DNA of 50,856 nucleotides, the filler included, from Sphacelaria rigidula (Eukaryota), in NCBI GenBank assembly GCA_964200075.2. It is 3 parts of 3 records of this genome, joined end to end, with 100 filler letters (N's around TTAATTAATTAA, not from the genome) between each part and the next. Parts side by side here need not be neighbours in the genome. Positions count along the whole stretch, not along the records: positions 1 to 16,886 come from CAXNAA020001222.1; 2 more parts are not named here. One strand, given 5' to 3'. This document shows, piece by piece, positions 1 to 12,223 of this stretch. The translations under genes were made by a program, and so were the position numbers. The number at the start of each line of letters is the position of its first letter. Position 1 is the stretch's first letter. The notes under the pieces were generated by a model that did not search any database, was not told the origin of the DNA, and worked only from the letters and a program-made list of their open reading frames with translations.

Positions 1-143
1 TAAAAGCTCCAAAAAGACATTTTTCCGGGTTTTTATTTTAGTCTTTTGTAGGAAGCGGCCTCAGACTGGGATTTTTGCTTTCAATCGCAAAATTTCGATA
101 AAAAAACTCATGTGCTGAGACAGGCCCTCGAAACATGGCTTGA

Positions 144-451
144 CGCTTTGACCGCGAGGGTAGGTCAACTGCTGAATCGGCATCAATTTCAATCGGAAAA
201 AATGTGCATGATCCAGATGGACTTCCCGCATCGCGGTATAAGGGTCAAACCTTAGACCGCGAGGGTGGGTCACCGGCCGAATCGACATCAATTTCACTTG
301 AAAAAATTATGCGTCATCCAGATGGACTACCCTTACCGCGGTCTAAGGATTAACCCTTGGACCGCAAACAGAGTCCATCTGGAGTGTGCATCCTTTTTTG
401 AAGTGAAATTGATGCCTATTCAACACATGACCTACTATCGCTGTCCAAAAG
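144..451. mobile_element. Three tandem ~101-bp piggyBac-like MITE units (+,+,-) joined at TTAA-like tetramers
   Basis: Units 144-244, 249-349 and 354-451 have terminal inverted repeats CCTTAGACCGCG...CGCGGTCTAAGGG and a shared core GAATCGGCATCAATTTCACTTGAAAAAA..GATCCAGATGGACTAC. Junctions are TTGA (140-143), TCAA (245-248) and TTAA (350-353). Confidence 0.65.
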
Positions 452-723
452 TTCGAAACGATTTTTTAAATATCGACCAAATAACCTCGATACCGATGTT
501 TTATCGATACTCGGAAAATGGTCAAACAACCGCTTTTCTGGTTTTCTGGGTCTTTCCTGCTTGTGTTGAAGGGTCATTTTTGCAAGAGAAGCCCCGAGAG
601 AGCCTGTTTGCGTATCGAAAATATGAAAGCATCGGCTTACCAGCTTGCGATTCCGATACTGAGAATGCCGAAGATTGCGTTCGATACTGGATATTTCGAT
701 ACTCGATTCTCATCACTGGTTAA

Positions 724-1254
724 CCCTGCTGTATTGGCATCAATTTCACTTGAAAAAAGTATGTATGACACTTTCTACGATGCTTCCCACCCCCGCCAAA
801 ACCAGCCCAGAAGTGTCACGAAAAAAATGGTCATGCAGTGCCTGATGTTTGGCTTCAGGCTGCATGAAACGACGCCTCATGTGGGCGACATTGGCGAGAA
901 CAAATCAAAGGGTGGGAATAACAAGCTGCTCGTTGTGCTCGGCTTTTTCCGTCTCGATTCACTTGTAGGTTTTGCCTCCCCAAACCAGGCACTTTTGGGG
1001 GGGAAGGGCTATCGTAGAAAGTGCCGCATGATCCGGATGGACTGCCCTTGGGGTCTAACGGTTAATCCTTAGACCGTGGTGCGGGTAGTCCATCTGGATC
1101 ACGTATACCTTTTTCAAGTGTACTCTGATGCCGATTCAGCCGGTGACCTACTCTCGCGGTTTAAGGGTTGACCATTTGACCGCGAGGGTAGGTCACCTGC
1201 TGAATCGGCATCTATGTCACTTGAAAAAAGTGTGCGTGATCAAGATGGACTACA
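724..1254. mobile_element. Second cluster of the same piggyBac-like MITE (interrupted unit 724-1061, inverted unit 1066-1167, truncated unit 1172-1254)
   Basis: Same core and termini as 144-451. Junctions are TTAA (720-723), TTAA (1062-1065) and TTGA (1168-1171). Confidence 0.6.
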
Positions 1255-1259
1255 CGTGA

Positions 1260-4200
1260 AACCCTCAGCTCGTTGACCACTGCAACCGTTTGAAATTTTC
1301 GAGAACCGAGCAGCCGTTACCAAAACTCGACGCACGGGCGTTGTACGTATGATACGTAAAAGCCGATGTACTGCTGCGCAGTCAAACAAAGTTCACGCAC
1401 CAACATACACGGGAGTCAATCTGCTAACTCGACACCAACGGGTTAATTCGCGTGTCTGATGAGAGGTAGCCCTTATCAGTCGTAGTGCACGGCCAGCCCG
1501 ATCTTTCATCTGCAGGTCACACGATCTTTCTGAGGTGCGTCTACAAGAGTGGTCGCCAAATTCCATCGTGATCTTCGTGTGCAGTCAGCTATAAATCTCG
1601 ATCAGGTACTGTATATTGTAGTCAATAAATAACACCTCTCTTGCCCGATGAACCCGATTTTTCTTTTTTCTTACAGCCTTGCGTCCAGTGAGCAACGATC
1701 AGATTTTGAGCCGAGTACCATCCTCTCTACTCTCATTTTTCGCGTCGATGACGACTTTCGTGAGCGTGTTTATTTTTAACCCTTTGGGAACTCAAGTGCT
1801 GGTTCTTGTTTTGTGAATCTTTGTGAATCGGCATCATCTTGACTCGAAAATTAATGAAAATGATGCCGATTCACCAAAACAAAAATCAGCACTCCCTGGG
1901 GTCTAGTTCCCAAAGGGTGGAAGAGCGATCTTCCGCAATTTTTTACCCAACGAGGGCGATCTGCTGTACATATTCATGTATGTATCCAACACATCTCCGC
2001 GTGCAGTACACATGTCTTCGAACACGACAGGTATTATGCGTAAGTCCGCACGATCTTTGGTGCACCCAACACGTACGGTCTTCATGGACGATAGGCAAGA
2101 TATGTTGCGGATCTTGTGCTACATGACAATCCGAGTTTGCACGCAGTCGATCTTTTGCTTCCAGGGAGCGACGCGACATTACGACTGTAGATACCGTGGA
2201 GGGGCGACTCGATCCTTGACCAACAGCACATACCATGCAGTCAGTAAATAATCACACCACACACCACATTCCTAGTATCGGTGACAAAAATGTGACAAAA
2301 ATGTATATCATGCCAAGATATGACGCGATCCAGTAAAGTGGATACACGATTTAATCAGTCGGTCGTGACATCACCTGCGGTACTGCTCCACCAAGCTGTC
2401 AGTGCTCTCGCTCTCTCCCAAGATCGCTCCGTCGTCCCTTCCCATGATGTTCTGGACATGAATGAAGCAACGCCGCGGGCCAAAGCACAATCAGTACTCT
2501 TACAAAGAACGGTACAAAATAATTACCGCCATGAGCGCTCAGTTTAGGTGCCGCTCATGTTCACCGGGCCGCACCGTTTATCCATGAAGAAAGTTTTCCT
2601 TCGAGCAGTTAATGTGCGACAATCAATCGATCAACCAACCATCACGAGATTTCCTTGTGTAGGAGTGGCTCTGGGCTCCAGAGCTTTTCCAGGCGGACCG
2701 TTCGGCCCTCGGCAGTGTTCCTGTCATACAGGGCGCACAAAAAGTCTCGGCACGGTCCCGGTCCTGCATCGTACAGACAGTCGTGGGACAAACAGCTGGC
2801 TTCACCATTGGTATTTACAGAGCAGGTGTATACCCCCGAGCTGCTCAGGTCCAGTGGATGTATAATACCGCGACCCATGCTACGACTCACGACCCTTACC
2901 GTAGTAACTCTAGATGGCGTGGTGAAAATCACGCCGTGTCGTGAGAATGCAACCCCAGGATAAATATGAGCATTTTGAAGCAAGTACATCTATCTACCGG
3001 GGCGAGCAATTGTCAGGCACTCACTACATCGGAGTAGTGCTGTATCTACCCAAAAAGGTGAACGATGCACATCGCGCCGCTCACGCACAATGATCGCTGG
3101 GTTCACATCTTCGTAGTCATGCCGTTGGAAAACGTGAAGACTGTACTTGTATTTGTAATACTGCTGACACACATCGATACCGCACGGCAGTAATGGATGA
3201 CCATGTCGGGGAATGTGCGTACGGTAACCCCACGACAAAATTCAAGATTACACGTGTGTACCAGGATCTCCGAACAAAGCATAGCTATATATCGGGGCGA
3301 GCATGCGCCATCTCTATTATCCTAGCACAACAGTAGCGTCCTGCCTCTTGGTATTAATAAAGAAGGAGCAGGATCGCTCGCGTCGATGCAACGATCGCTT
3401 GGTTTCAAGATCCTTGTTAGCGTAGATCTTTGACAGTTGTGATTGCACTGTACTGAGTTCTTGACAGTCATCACTATCGCAAGGTACAAATGGATACCGC
3501 GTCGGAAAATGCGCTCCCGCTGTTTCTCATGGTGGATGCGAATGGAACAAATTCTGCATACAATGGCAAACAGCTGCAAAAAAACGGAGAGGTATGGTAG
3601 CAATCTGCCTGCAGCGTCGCGACGGAGATGGGGTGAACTCGTTAGCATATTGCACGGCTGCGACCTGCACCTCTACGAATCGTGTGAGACTTAACATCTC
3701 AGACGAGAGACCTCAAAGCAAGGCAGGTTGACATGGAGGGTCGCCAACAGTTTTCGACACCTTCGGGCATGTCGTAGGTCTGGATGTCTAACTTTCGCAA
3801 GTCTTCGGACCCCAGAAACGACACACCGCTCGACCGAGAAATGCCGACAGAATCTACCGACTGCACAGTCAACAATCGTGTCTACATGATTTCTAGTCTG
3901 TTTGTGTCTCACACAGTACCGTACCGTACACGCGTCTACCTTGTAGTACTCCAGAGCGTATAGAGCGACCGCTCTTCGCTCCTTGTGCTCGAACTTCAGA
4001 GCGCGCGAGGTCATGGCACCAATCGCATTGATGACGCTCCTCTTTTGCTTTCGCCACTCGTTTCTTTTTTCGTCGAAATCCTGTATTTTTCGGTGTAAGG
4101 TGAAGGTGCGAGCGCATGTGCAAAGTCCATGGAAAGCGAAAATGGCGGGAGAAGGGAAATATCAACGACCGGGTGAACACTGTGGTCGGAAAAGTTTGAC

Positions 4201-5480
4201 CAAGAGAATTTACCCACTGCAAGTGGACAGTTTTCGCCGTTGGTAAGAAGTCTGAGCCGAGAGACGCGACATTGGGCTGCAATCTACATTTCAGATGGAT
4301 GTGACGTGCACGCTGCTGACCGTCTCGTGTCAGCTCATGTACACACACGGCAAGAGTGTATTATATTCATATCATTTCACACTCTTCATTTGGTGGAACT
4401 GGAAACGAGACGAGCACCAACGCGACGATTCCAAGTAATAACTTGTTTGCCAGATAAGAGCACACAGCTGTGTACAGTACAGTCAGTACAGCTGTCGTGG
4501 AAATGCAGGCGAGTAAAACTTACTGACGCCTTAGAGCACAGTTCGGATATACTCGACAGCTTCCTGTGGCCAGTCCAAAAACCCAACGAAAGACATACAA
4601 CAACAGAACAGTACAGAGCAAGATGCGGCCACTTCGCCGTACAGATAGTTGTCTTCCTGTCAGCGCTACACCGATGGCACTACTGAAGCGTGGTCTCTCA
4701 AGTCTGTTGACGCAAAACAATTTGTGACTAGACCGTGCGGACCCCTTTGATCGGTTATGCAGGAGACCTCTGTGCTCTTCTGCTCCATGAGGTGCAGGGG
4801 TTGGCAGGCGCACAACTGTACCGTGGGAAAATTCATGCGCCATTTGGATTGAAAAGACGTTACATGCGCAAAAGCATGCCAGGATCTCTATCTGCAATCT
4901 TTAGCCTGCCCAGGACTGCGATGAACTAAACACGTAGCCCGCAGCTGCCTTCCTACGCTGGTCCACCCAAAAGTGGTGCCAGCGGTGTTTGTATGCACCC
5001 CACCCGGACTTGGCCGGTGGTTGAAAAACATGCTACACTGAATTCAGTATAAACTGTGGCCTGAATTTGGGAGCACGCAATGTGCTGCTTTTACTGTGGG
5101 ATTCCCCGATGGAGCCTAAAGCTCATCACTCACAACACTGTCGTGTTTCATCATACCTGGCGCAAAACTTTCGTGTGGGAAACTCGTCGCACGAGGTCGG
5201 CATCCTCCTTCGCGCAGAGTATGTCAAAATAGGACGCCGTGTCTCCCTCGAATCCAGAGTCTGCCTTGACGTGCTCCGCCAAGCTGTTGACCTCTCGCAA
5301 ATATCTCAGCAAAGATTGAATCTGCTTGAGCTTGAAGGCGGCAGGCAGGTCCATCGCGTTTATTTCATCCACGCACTGCTGCATATTGCCCTTCGCCAAG
5401 CCTCCCAAACGCAACATGCTGGCGGAGGCCACCAGGGTGTGATGGGCGCCAGCTTCTCTCTGTCGGCGAGCTGTCTACAC
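1260..5480 (-). pseudogene. Probable decayed protein-coding region of unknown family
   Basis: Several protein-like minus-strand frames are broken by stops and frameshifts. These include an exon-like block ending CAG|GTATGA at 5157, the same-frame pair 3691-4014/3322-3648, the pair 2990-3238/2642-2989 separated by one TAG, and a frame KKLRKIALP-LKINTLTKVVID running across the 1780-1917 insertion. No domain recognised. Confidence 0.3.
1780..1917. mobile_element. 138-bp palindromic piggyBac-like MITE
   Basis: TTAA (1776-1779) is followed by TIR CCCTTTGGGAACT...AGTTCCCAAAGGG. The internal inverted repeat GTGAATCGGCATCAT...ATGATGCCGATTCAC shares the GAATCGGCATC motif of the 101-bp family. The right flank is not TTAA. 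Confidence 0.6.
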
Positions 5481-5917
5481 CTCAGCGTACGTCTACGTTG
5501 TATCTGTCAGTCCCGCCACACGCCCAGGGTCTTTTTTTTGTACTGCTCCGTGCTACAGCAGTATAGAAATATACTCGGAGAGCTACGAAATTTGCAACGG
5601 CCAGAAAGACCATCCGTTTCCGCCGGATTTATAAAAAAATGCGAGCATGGGTTTCCATGAGGGGAAGGGGGATTATGTTAATCTTTCCTTGCACAACGCA
5701 GGCTCGTAGTCGTGCTTGGGGACAACAGCACAGTAATACAGCCTGGCTGATCGAGGATGACAGGATGGACACTACGGCTAGATACATAAACAACGGTTCA
5801 TTTTCCTAAACTCCACCATAACACGGCGGTCTACACACACACATACTATCAAGTCCTTGGTCGGTGCACTTGCGGCGGTCCCTGGTGTGCGTTTTTACCT
5901 GCTCCCGCTATACAGTA

Positions 5918-7128
5918 CGAGCTGGGCCAGCCTAAAAACGGATTTAAGCTCTCAAAGCAATATCTCATCGACATAGACGAGTTAGGCCATGATCCGCATA
6001 TCGTGTAAATCGTCTAATCATGGGGAAGGCGCCCATCTGCTCAAAAGTTTGGGTCATTTTTTCTCGTTGATGACACCCCATGTCTAGTAATTCATATACC
6101 GTACGGAGATAGCGTCCACACACTAAAATCTATATGAAACCCCGAACGATCCATTCAGCCGATGATGACGATTTCTGGTGTGGCGGACCTTTCCTGGAGC
6201 ACGGGGAGACGATAAATACCCTCACCTTCACCCAACTCGTTATCTATCTCGAGGTATGGCGCACATAAGCTTCTATATTAAAATCAATATACTACGAGCA
6301 GAGGCACTGGATGCCCTAAATCTGGATATCGCGTCTCAGTTTTTGTGAGTTGCGCTATGAAATTTGGTATGGAGAACCGCTAGCGAAATATGAAATGAAA
6401 AAAAAAAACAGCTTTTTCATTTTTTTCGTTTTTTTCTTTTCGTGTTTTAGGGGATTTTTGAGGAGAATTGGACATCGCTCTTGGGGCTTATCTCAATTTT
6501 TTAGCTCAATTTTCAAAATTGTGACTTGAAACTTATAGCATGTAGAACGCCCGAACCTCTCCCTCCCCCCCCCAAAAAAAAAATGGGCATTTTTGGTGGG
6601 GGGGGAGAGGGTCGGGCGTTCTCGTAAAAAAATAGTCGTGACCATATTGAAACGCCCTAAAACAGTGAAAAAATTAAAAATTAAAAACGACCCACTGAGT
6701 TGTGTTGATTATGCCCCCTCGAGGGTCCACACGAAATTTCAATACACAAAAACCAAACGTGGGCCGGTGCGTGGCCTGGGAAATACTGCTCCGAATTTCT
6801 ACCGACCCGGTTTGGGAAAGGCGAATGCGCCGACCAATATTTAGAGTTGGAGCGTCAAATTTGGTACGGACAACGCATAAGGCATAAAATGTTTTTGTAA
6901 AGAAGCACCAGAAGTTTTTTTTTTCGTAATTTAAGGGTAATAATCAGTTTTCAGGTATCAGTAGAACGCCCTTCACTGACGAAAACAAAGAAAAACTTCT
7001 GGTGCTTCTTGAGTTTTTTTTTTTATGCCCTATGCATTGTCCATACCAAATTTGACGCTCCAACTCTAAATATTGGCCGGCGCATTCGCCTGCAAATTTC
7101 CAACCCGCCTCTAGGCTGGCCCAGCTCG
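5918..7128. mobile_element. 1.2-kb non-autonomous TIR element with TA target duplication (Tc1/mariner-like)
   Basis: TA|CGAGCTGGGCCAGCCTA...TAGGCTGGCCCAGCTCG|TA, a perfect 17-bp TIR. Internal ~100-bp inverted repeat (about 6820-6920 / 6990-7090). No transposase ORF. Confidence 0.75.
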
Positions 7129-7182
7129 TACAGTACATACAGTACATTTCTGGGGTAGCTTGCCACTGAAGTCCTTGACTTA

Positions 7183-7515
7183 CACACGCGGCCATTTGGC
7201 TACACCCCAAAACGCCTCCGGAGGGATGCGCGGCCCTCCAGGGGGAAAACAAGCCTCCGGAGGCCTTCTATCCCTCTAGAGGAGACCAAACTCTACCGAC
7301 CCGGAGGGCCGCGCACCCCTCCGGAGGAATTTGGGGGTATGTGCGGCCCTCCGGAGGCAAGAATAAGCCTCCGGAGGCGTTCAACCTCTCTGGAGGGAAC
7401 CAAACAATCTCCTCTGGAGGGCCGCGCACCCCTCCGGGGGCGTTTAATTCCTCTGGAGGCTCGAAAAGTGTACCCACCTGGAGGAAGTTTGGAGGTAGCC
7501 AAATGGCCGCATGTG
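7183..7515. mobile_element. MITE with CACACGCGGCCATTTGGCTAC TIRs and many internal CCTCCGGAGG palindromes, copy 1
   Basis: TA|CACACGCGGCCATTTGGCTAC...GTAGCCAAATGGCCGCATGTG|TA, with about a dozen CCTCYRGAGG motifs inside. Confidence 0.75.
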
Positions 7516-7683
7516 TATCCCTGAGTAGGACATCGACGTGTAGGTGTAAGCACACGCCAGTGATACAGGCAAAGAAAAGCGCACACGGAGCGAAAAGTTA
7601 GCCAATTGAAAGGGAATGCAAAAATGAAACCCACTCGCAATCAGCGCTTTACTCTCAATCTCACGAAAATATTGTTATTGCGT

Positions 7684-8294
7684 CTGTCGGGAGAAGATTT
7701 CATTTCGGACACGGAGCCCCCCCCCCCCCCTCCTCCTCCCGGAGGGCATTTTTTCGAAAAATATCATGATTTTTTTTTGACATGATGGAAAAAGCCTATC
7801 AAGAAACACTGAGAGAAACCGAAAAGTCTGGTGGGCTTTGCGAGGTTCGTATATTTCCTTCTGTCCCTTGCCTGCTCTGCTGTCCCGATGACCTCAGATG
7901 CCAGCCGCATTCTCACATACATGTATTTATGCACACAAACGCACGGTAGCGACAGCCTGCAGCCAGAGTAGCAACCTCATCTCACGCCTCGCCAAACTTG
8001 CCCGCACTACTGGTGGTAGGTACGTGAGGCCCACGACACGGAACATGATCCCATGAACGTATGATCATGTTGAGTGCATGATGAGCTTGGGGGGACGGCG
8101 TGTCCGCCATCTCATCGGTCTTCATGCCAAGGATCTCTGTAGATGGTAGGTACCTGACCGCACCCGCCAACGCTACGGCAATAAACTAGGAGACGGCAGG
8201 CTGGGTGTCCCCCCTCCTTTCTCCCCCCCTCAAAAACTAGAATTTTCGATCTCGGGGTCTACGGGTCCAGAAATATTGTTTTGACAGACCCTTG
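7684..8294. mobile_element. ~610-bp non-autonomous TIR element (CAAGGGTCTGTC termini), copy 1
   Basis: Aligns over its length, in reverse complement, with 33086-33693. Right end is GACAGACCCTTG and the left end is eroded. Confidence 0.6.
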
Positions 8295-9227
8295 GTCTAC
8301 CTGCTACTGTGTCTCTCTTCTATACTCTATTTCCTTCACTTTTCTTGAGCGAGTGTTTCCATCTTGTTGCATCATCTTGCAAGTACATGCCTATATATCT
8401 CATTGTGGCCACAGTTATTGGCTGATGGGTCCCTCGGGATCGGTTAATGTACGATATTCAGTCAGCAATTAATCATCGGACCATATCGATCGCAGACAGC
8501 GCACCAAGATGGATGACCCTTCATGAATCTAGGTACCCACACGTCAACAGCAGTCAGTATCTGGTACACGGCGCACTCCTCCTGCAGTGTTTCCAGAGAG
8601 ACAGATCACAGCGCGGACAGTACATAAATTCGGACGCACGTAGGGAAGCAATAAAGCAGTATGGTACACCACAGTACGCAGCATACCTGTAGTACACTAT
8701 CGTATTACTTCATTGAAGTGCAGAACAGGCGGGCAATACCGGCCCGCTCACTTGTGAGAAGTCGGGACGGGCAACTTTTTGGGTTGGGGCAAGGTTGCGA
8801 GGCAATAATTGGGTCGAGTTAGAAGTAATTGTGATAATGATAGTATAGGGCTTCAAGGATCGAGGTCACCTCGCGTTCACGAGGCATTGAAATATCGTCA
8901 AACAGGAACTATACTGAATCTTCGCGAAGTTACGAAGTCGGATCGAGAACTGCGACTCCATCCGATTTGTATGAGAAAGAGCACTCCGTGACACTCCCCT
9001 TCACGCGTCAGTAATGTTATGTGATCGAGAACTCCGTTTTTCATATTAATAACTAAACGAAGAACGGCATCCCGCACACCTATCCCCCCCCCCCGGGGGG
9101 GCACCGATTTTTGTTTTCCACTTCTTTCCCTCGTTGCGTTTCCCCTTTCAATTCGCGTGTTCGTTGTGCGTTATTACCCGTCAAACACGACGAGCTAATA
9201 ACCTGTAACTACATGTTTGAAACATCG

Positions 9228-9632
9228 CACACGCGGCCATTCGGCTACCCCCAAAAATACTCTGTTACGGTCAACTTTTCGAGCCTCCAGAGGAATTAAA
9301 CGCCTCTTCTAAAGGGTGCGCGGCCCTCCAGAGGGGTGGGATCGAACGCCTCCAGAGGCTTGTTTTGCCTCTGGAGGGCTGCGCACCCTCTGGAGGAACT
9401 TGGAGGGTGCGCAGCCCTCCAGAGTACCATCTTTTTTGTCACTCTCGAGGGATTCAGACTTGAGAATTCACTGGAGCATCAGATGCTCTCCAGAGGATTC
9501 GTTTTATGATCGGAACTGAGTATGAAACACCCCCTAGAAGGTATTTTTACCCTCCGGAGGGTCACTTTACCCTCGAGAGGATGAAAATCGCGAAAGAGGA
9601 TGTTTATGTGGGTAGCCGAATGGCCGCGTGTG
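9228..9632. mobile_element. MITE with CACACGCGGCCATTCGGCTAC TIRs, copy 2
   Basis: CACACGCGGCCATTCGGCTACC...GGTAGCCGAATGGCCGCGTGTG with the same CCTCYRGAGG internal motifs. No clear target duplication. Confidence 0.7.
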
Positions 9633-12109
9633 TCTACATGCATGCTGCTGTTGGTTGGCTTCGCTGAATTTACCACTCGTGGTTGGATACGATCCCCAGA
9701 CGAAACCATCCCCTGCGACAACCTTAGTTAAACATCTCTGAACACAACAACGACAACTTACCTCTAAGGTTATGCAAACCGAAATAACGGACGGGACTCA
9801 CGATGAGCCCACGACGGTGGTAGTATGCAGAGTGTTCCAACAGAATACATCACCCAAAAAACATCTTAATATTCTCATCGATTCTTGATTTTTGCTTCTC
9901 ACTTGAATAGAATAATGTTCTGACGGAGCCACCCCATAGAAGTAACAAATTCCCACAAAAAGTGCCTGTCAGGGATTCACCTTTTCTTCACATCGGCGAC
10001 ACCATGAGATAGCTGGTACGCTTGACAAATAGAAGGTCCCGGGTCTGAATGCCGGATCTCACCACGATGGTTAGAGGGAAAAAAAAGTGGATACCCTTTG
10101 AAGCAGATTTCAAAAACTCCCTGAAAATCTCCCGCGGCGATTGTTGATTGGGTGACCCAACACACGTACAGAAGATATTATGTGAATTACAAGGCAAGAT
10201 TCCAACCGCTAGTAGTCGGCGTGAAAGAGTATTCCTACAAGACCTCCAAGGGGTTCATGAAAGGGGGGGGGGTGATGTGGGAACCACCATATTGATAGAA
10301 GGAACAAATTCCCACAAGTGTTTGTCAAGAAATCACCTTCTTTTCACAGTTTATTTATTTTTTATTGATGTTTCATATTGGTGTTTATTATCATGCATTT
10401 TATTTACATATATCCATTCGTTTGCTTTATTTATTCGTTTGTTATTATGCTCTCTACACCTACGTATCAGGGGGGTTAATGGGTCGTATGTATGCTGGTC
10501 CCCACCGGCCCTCATCAGGGGCGGTATCCTCCTTCCAATGCCGCTCACTTTGCGTAGGATTTAGTGTGGTATTGGTTCATACGATAGGAGTTTGCATGAC
10601 GTTTGAGGGGCGAGGGGGGGGCGGCGAGGTCCTCGGTCTGGTACCTTCCCCCCGCCCCTGAGAGATCGAAAATAAGGAAGTGGGTACAGAAAAAGGAAAA
10701 ATCGTGTACCCCTTGCTAGCTCTTGCATTCAAATCCGCGGATGACAGATAGAAAATACGCAGCTACAATACACAACACACCATTTATAGCACGCATTACC
10801 CCAGGATTTTTGTGGTGGGATGTACGCTCTGCAGTGTCGAACCGCAGGTGGTGCCCCCCCAGCTCTCTAAAAAAAAACATGAGACAGTCACTACGCATAC
10901 GAGGTGTGAATACCATCGGAGTAATAACATTAGTATCGGGATAAATTTTACAGCGAGCAATGGTACGTTGTACCCCATGTTCATGAAGAAGTGATTCGGA
11001 AACGCGTCGCAATACATCTCATGAACTTCACCAGTTTGATTTTTTTTCTTCTATTCACGTAACACATACAAACAATAACACTCAAAATGCTGAGAGAACA
11101 AATGCAAGTTTTCGAAAGTGTCCACTGACTCCATGACATACAAGCTGACGGAGAAGAAACGTGCTGTTTCCTAAACTCGCTAGTATCGGATTGCCACCGA
11201 GTTACATAACCCCTCCCCCCTCCCACGCACATAGGATAGCAGAAAAATGAGCACGGAGCAAAGGAAAAGAGAAGGAGAACGATGACGCATAATCAGCGAC
11301 ATAACTTGGGGAAAATAGAGAGTAGGGCAAGTTTTTTGTGGAGTTATACCGTGAAGAATACTAGGCCAGGTGCCACACACCAGGTGTTAGTACCAGATAT
11401 ATATACAGCAGCACGCCATGACAGAGAGCAGACGTTTAAACTAAGAATACTTGTATGTAGATGAAGGAGCAGCGAACGCTGCTGCTTCATATGACTGTAT
11501 CAACCCTAGGCGGTGGAGCTACACATTCATGGTGCTACATGCATAATTTATTTTTCGTTTCCCTGGGGCACCGTAGTACTTTGTTGACCGCCAGCCTCCA
11601 CTTTCGGTTCCTTTCCTTGCGTGGTGTACAACGCACATGTATTTTGCTGAGGCCGTCAAATCCGTCGGCCCGCGATTGAAAAATTGCGTTATTTCGGGTT
11701 CTTTTCCCTCCTTCCACGCATGGATACGTTCGCTACGATGATTTCCCTCTGCCCTCGTCCCCCTCTGCCTTTTTCCAGGCCTAATCGAGCCACTCGTTGG
11801 TGTTTGTATGGTTGTGATTTTGATTTAAGGTCGCCCCCCTGCTGGCTTGGGCGCCTCGTTTAAACTGCCGCGACCACCGTTCCTCGTCCTCCCTGCCTCT
11901 CCGGGAGTGGGTCCAGTATCTTGTGTGGTTACAATTTCAAGATGGCGTCCTACCTATGTTGGGCGCTTTTCGAGCTGCCGCGTCCATTGATTTGAGGAAA
12001 TAAGATATATACCCTTTCTCCGGGACCACATTCCCCCCCCCAGGCAGACACAGTTGCACCCAGCAATAAAAAGACGCGCGTGTTTTAGGGAGGAGTGTGG
12101 CATTAGGTC

Positions 12110-12223
12110 GGGAATGGACATACCACTTCGACCGTACCACATCCCATTCGCCGTGACAAAGTGATGTTGAGTCGGGCTAGTACTAACGTGGGGGACCGCG
12201 TGAGAAGCCCTGGCGTTATTCCT
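12110..12223 (+). pseudogene. Diverged 5S rRNA copy (pseudogene or SINE head)
   Basis: GGGAATGGACATACCAC..CACATCCC..GGGCTAGTACTAACGTGGGGGACCGCGTGAGAAGCCCTGGCGTTATTC is collinear with the algal 5S rRNA sequence as I recall it, including the C-box region. It has many transitions, a short deletion and no oligo-T terminator. Confidence 0.7.

Noticed and set aside
12110-12223. Functional 5S rRNA gene
   Set aside because: Many substitutions, an internal deletion and no oligo-T terminator. Reported as pseudogene/SINE head instead.
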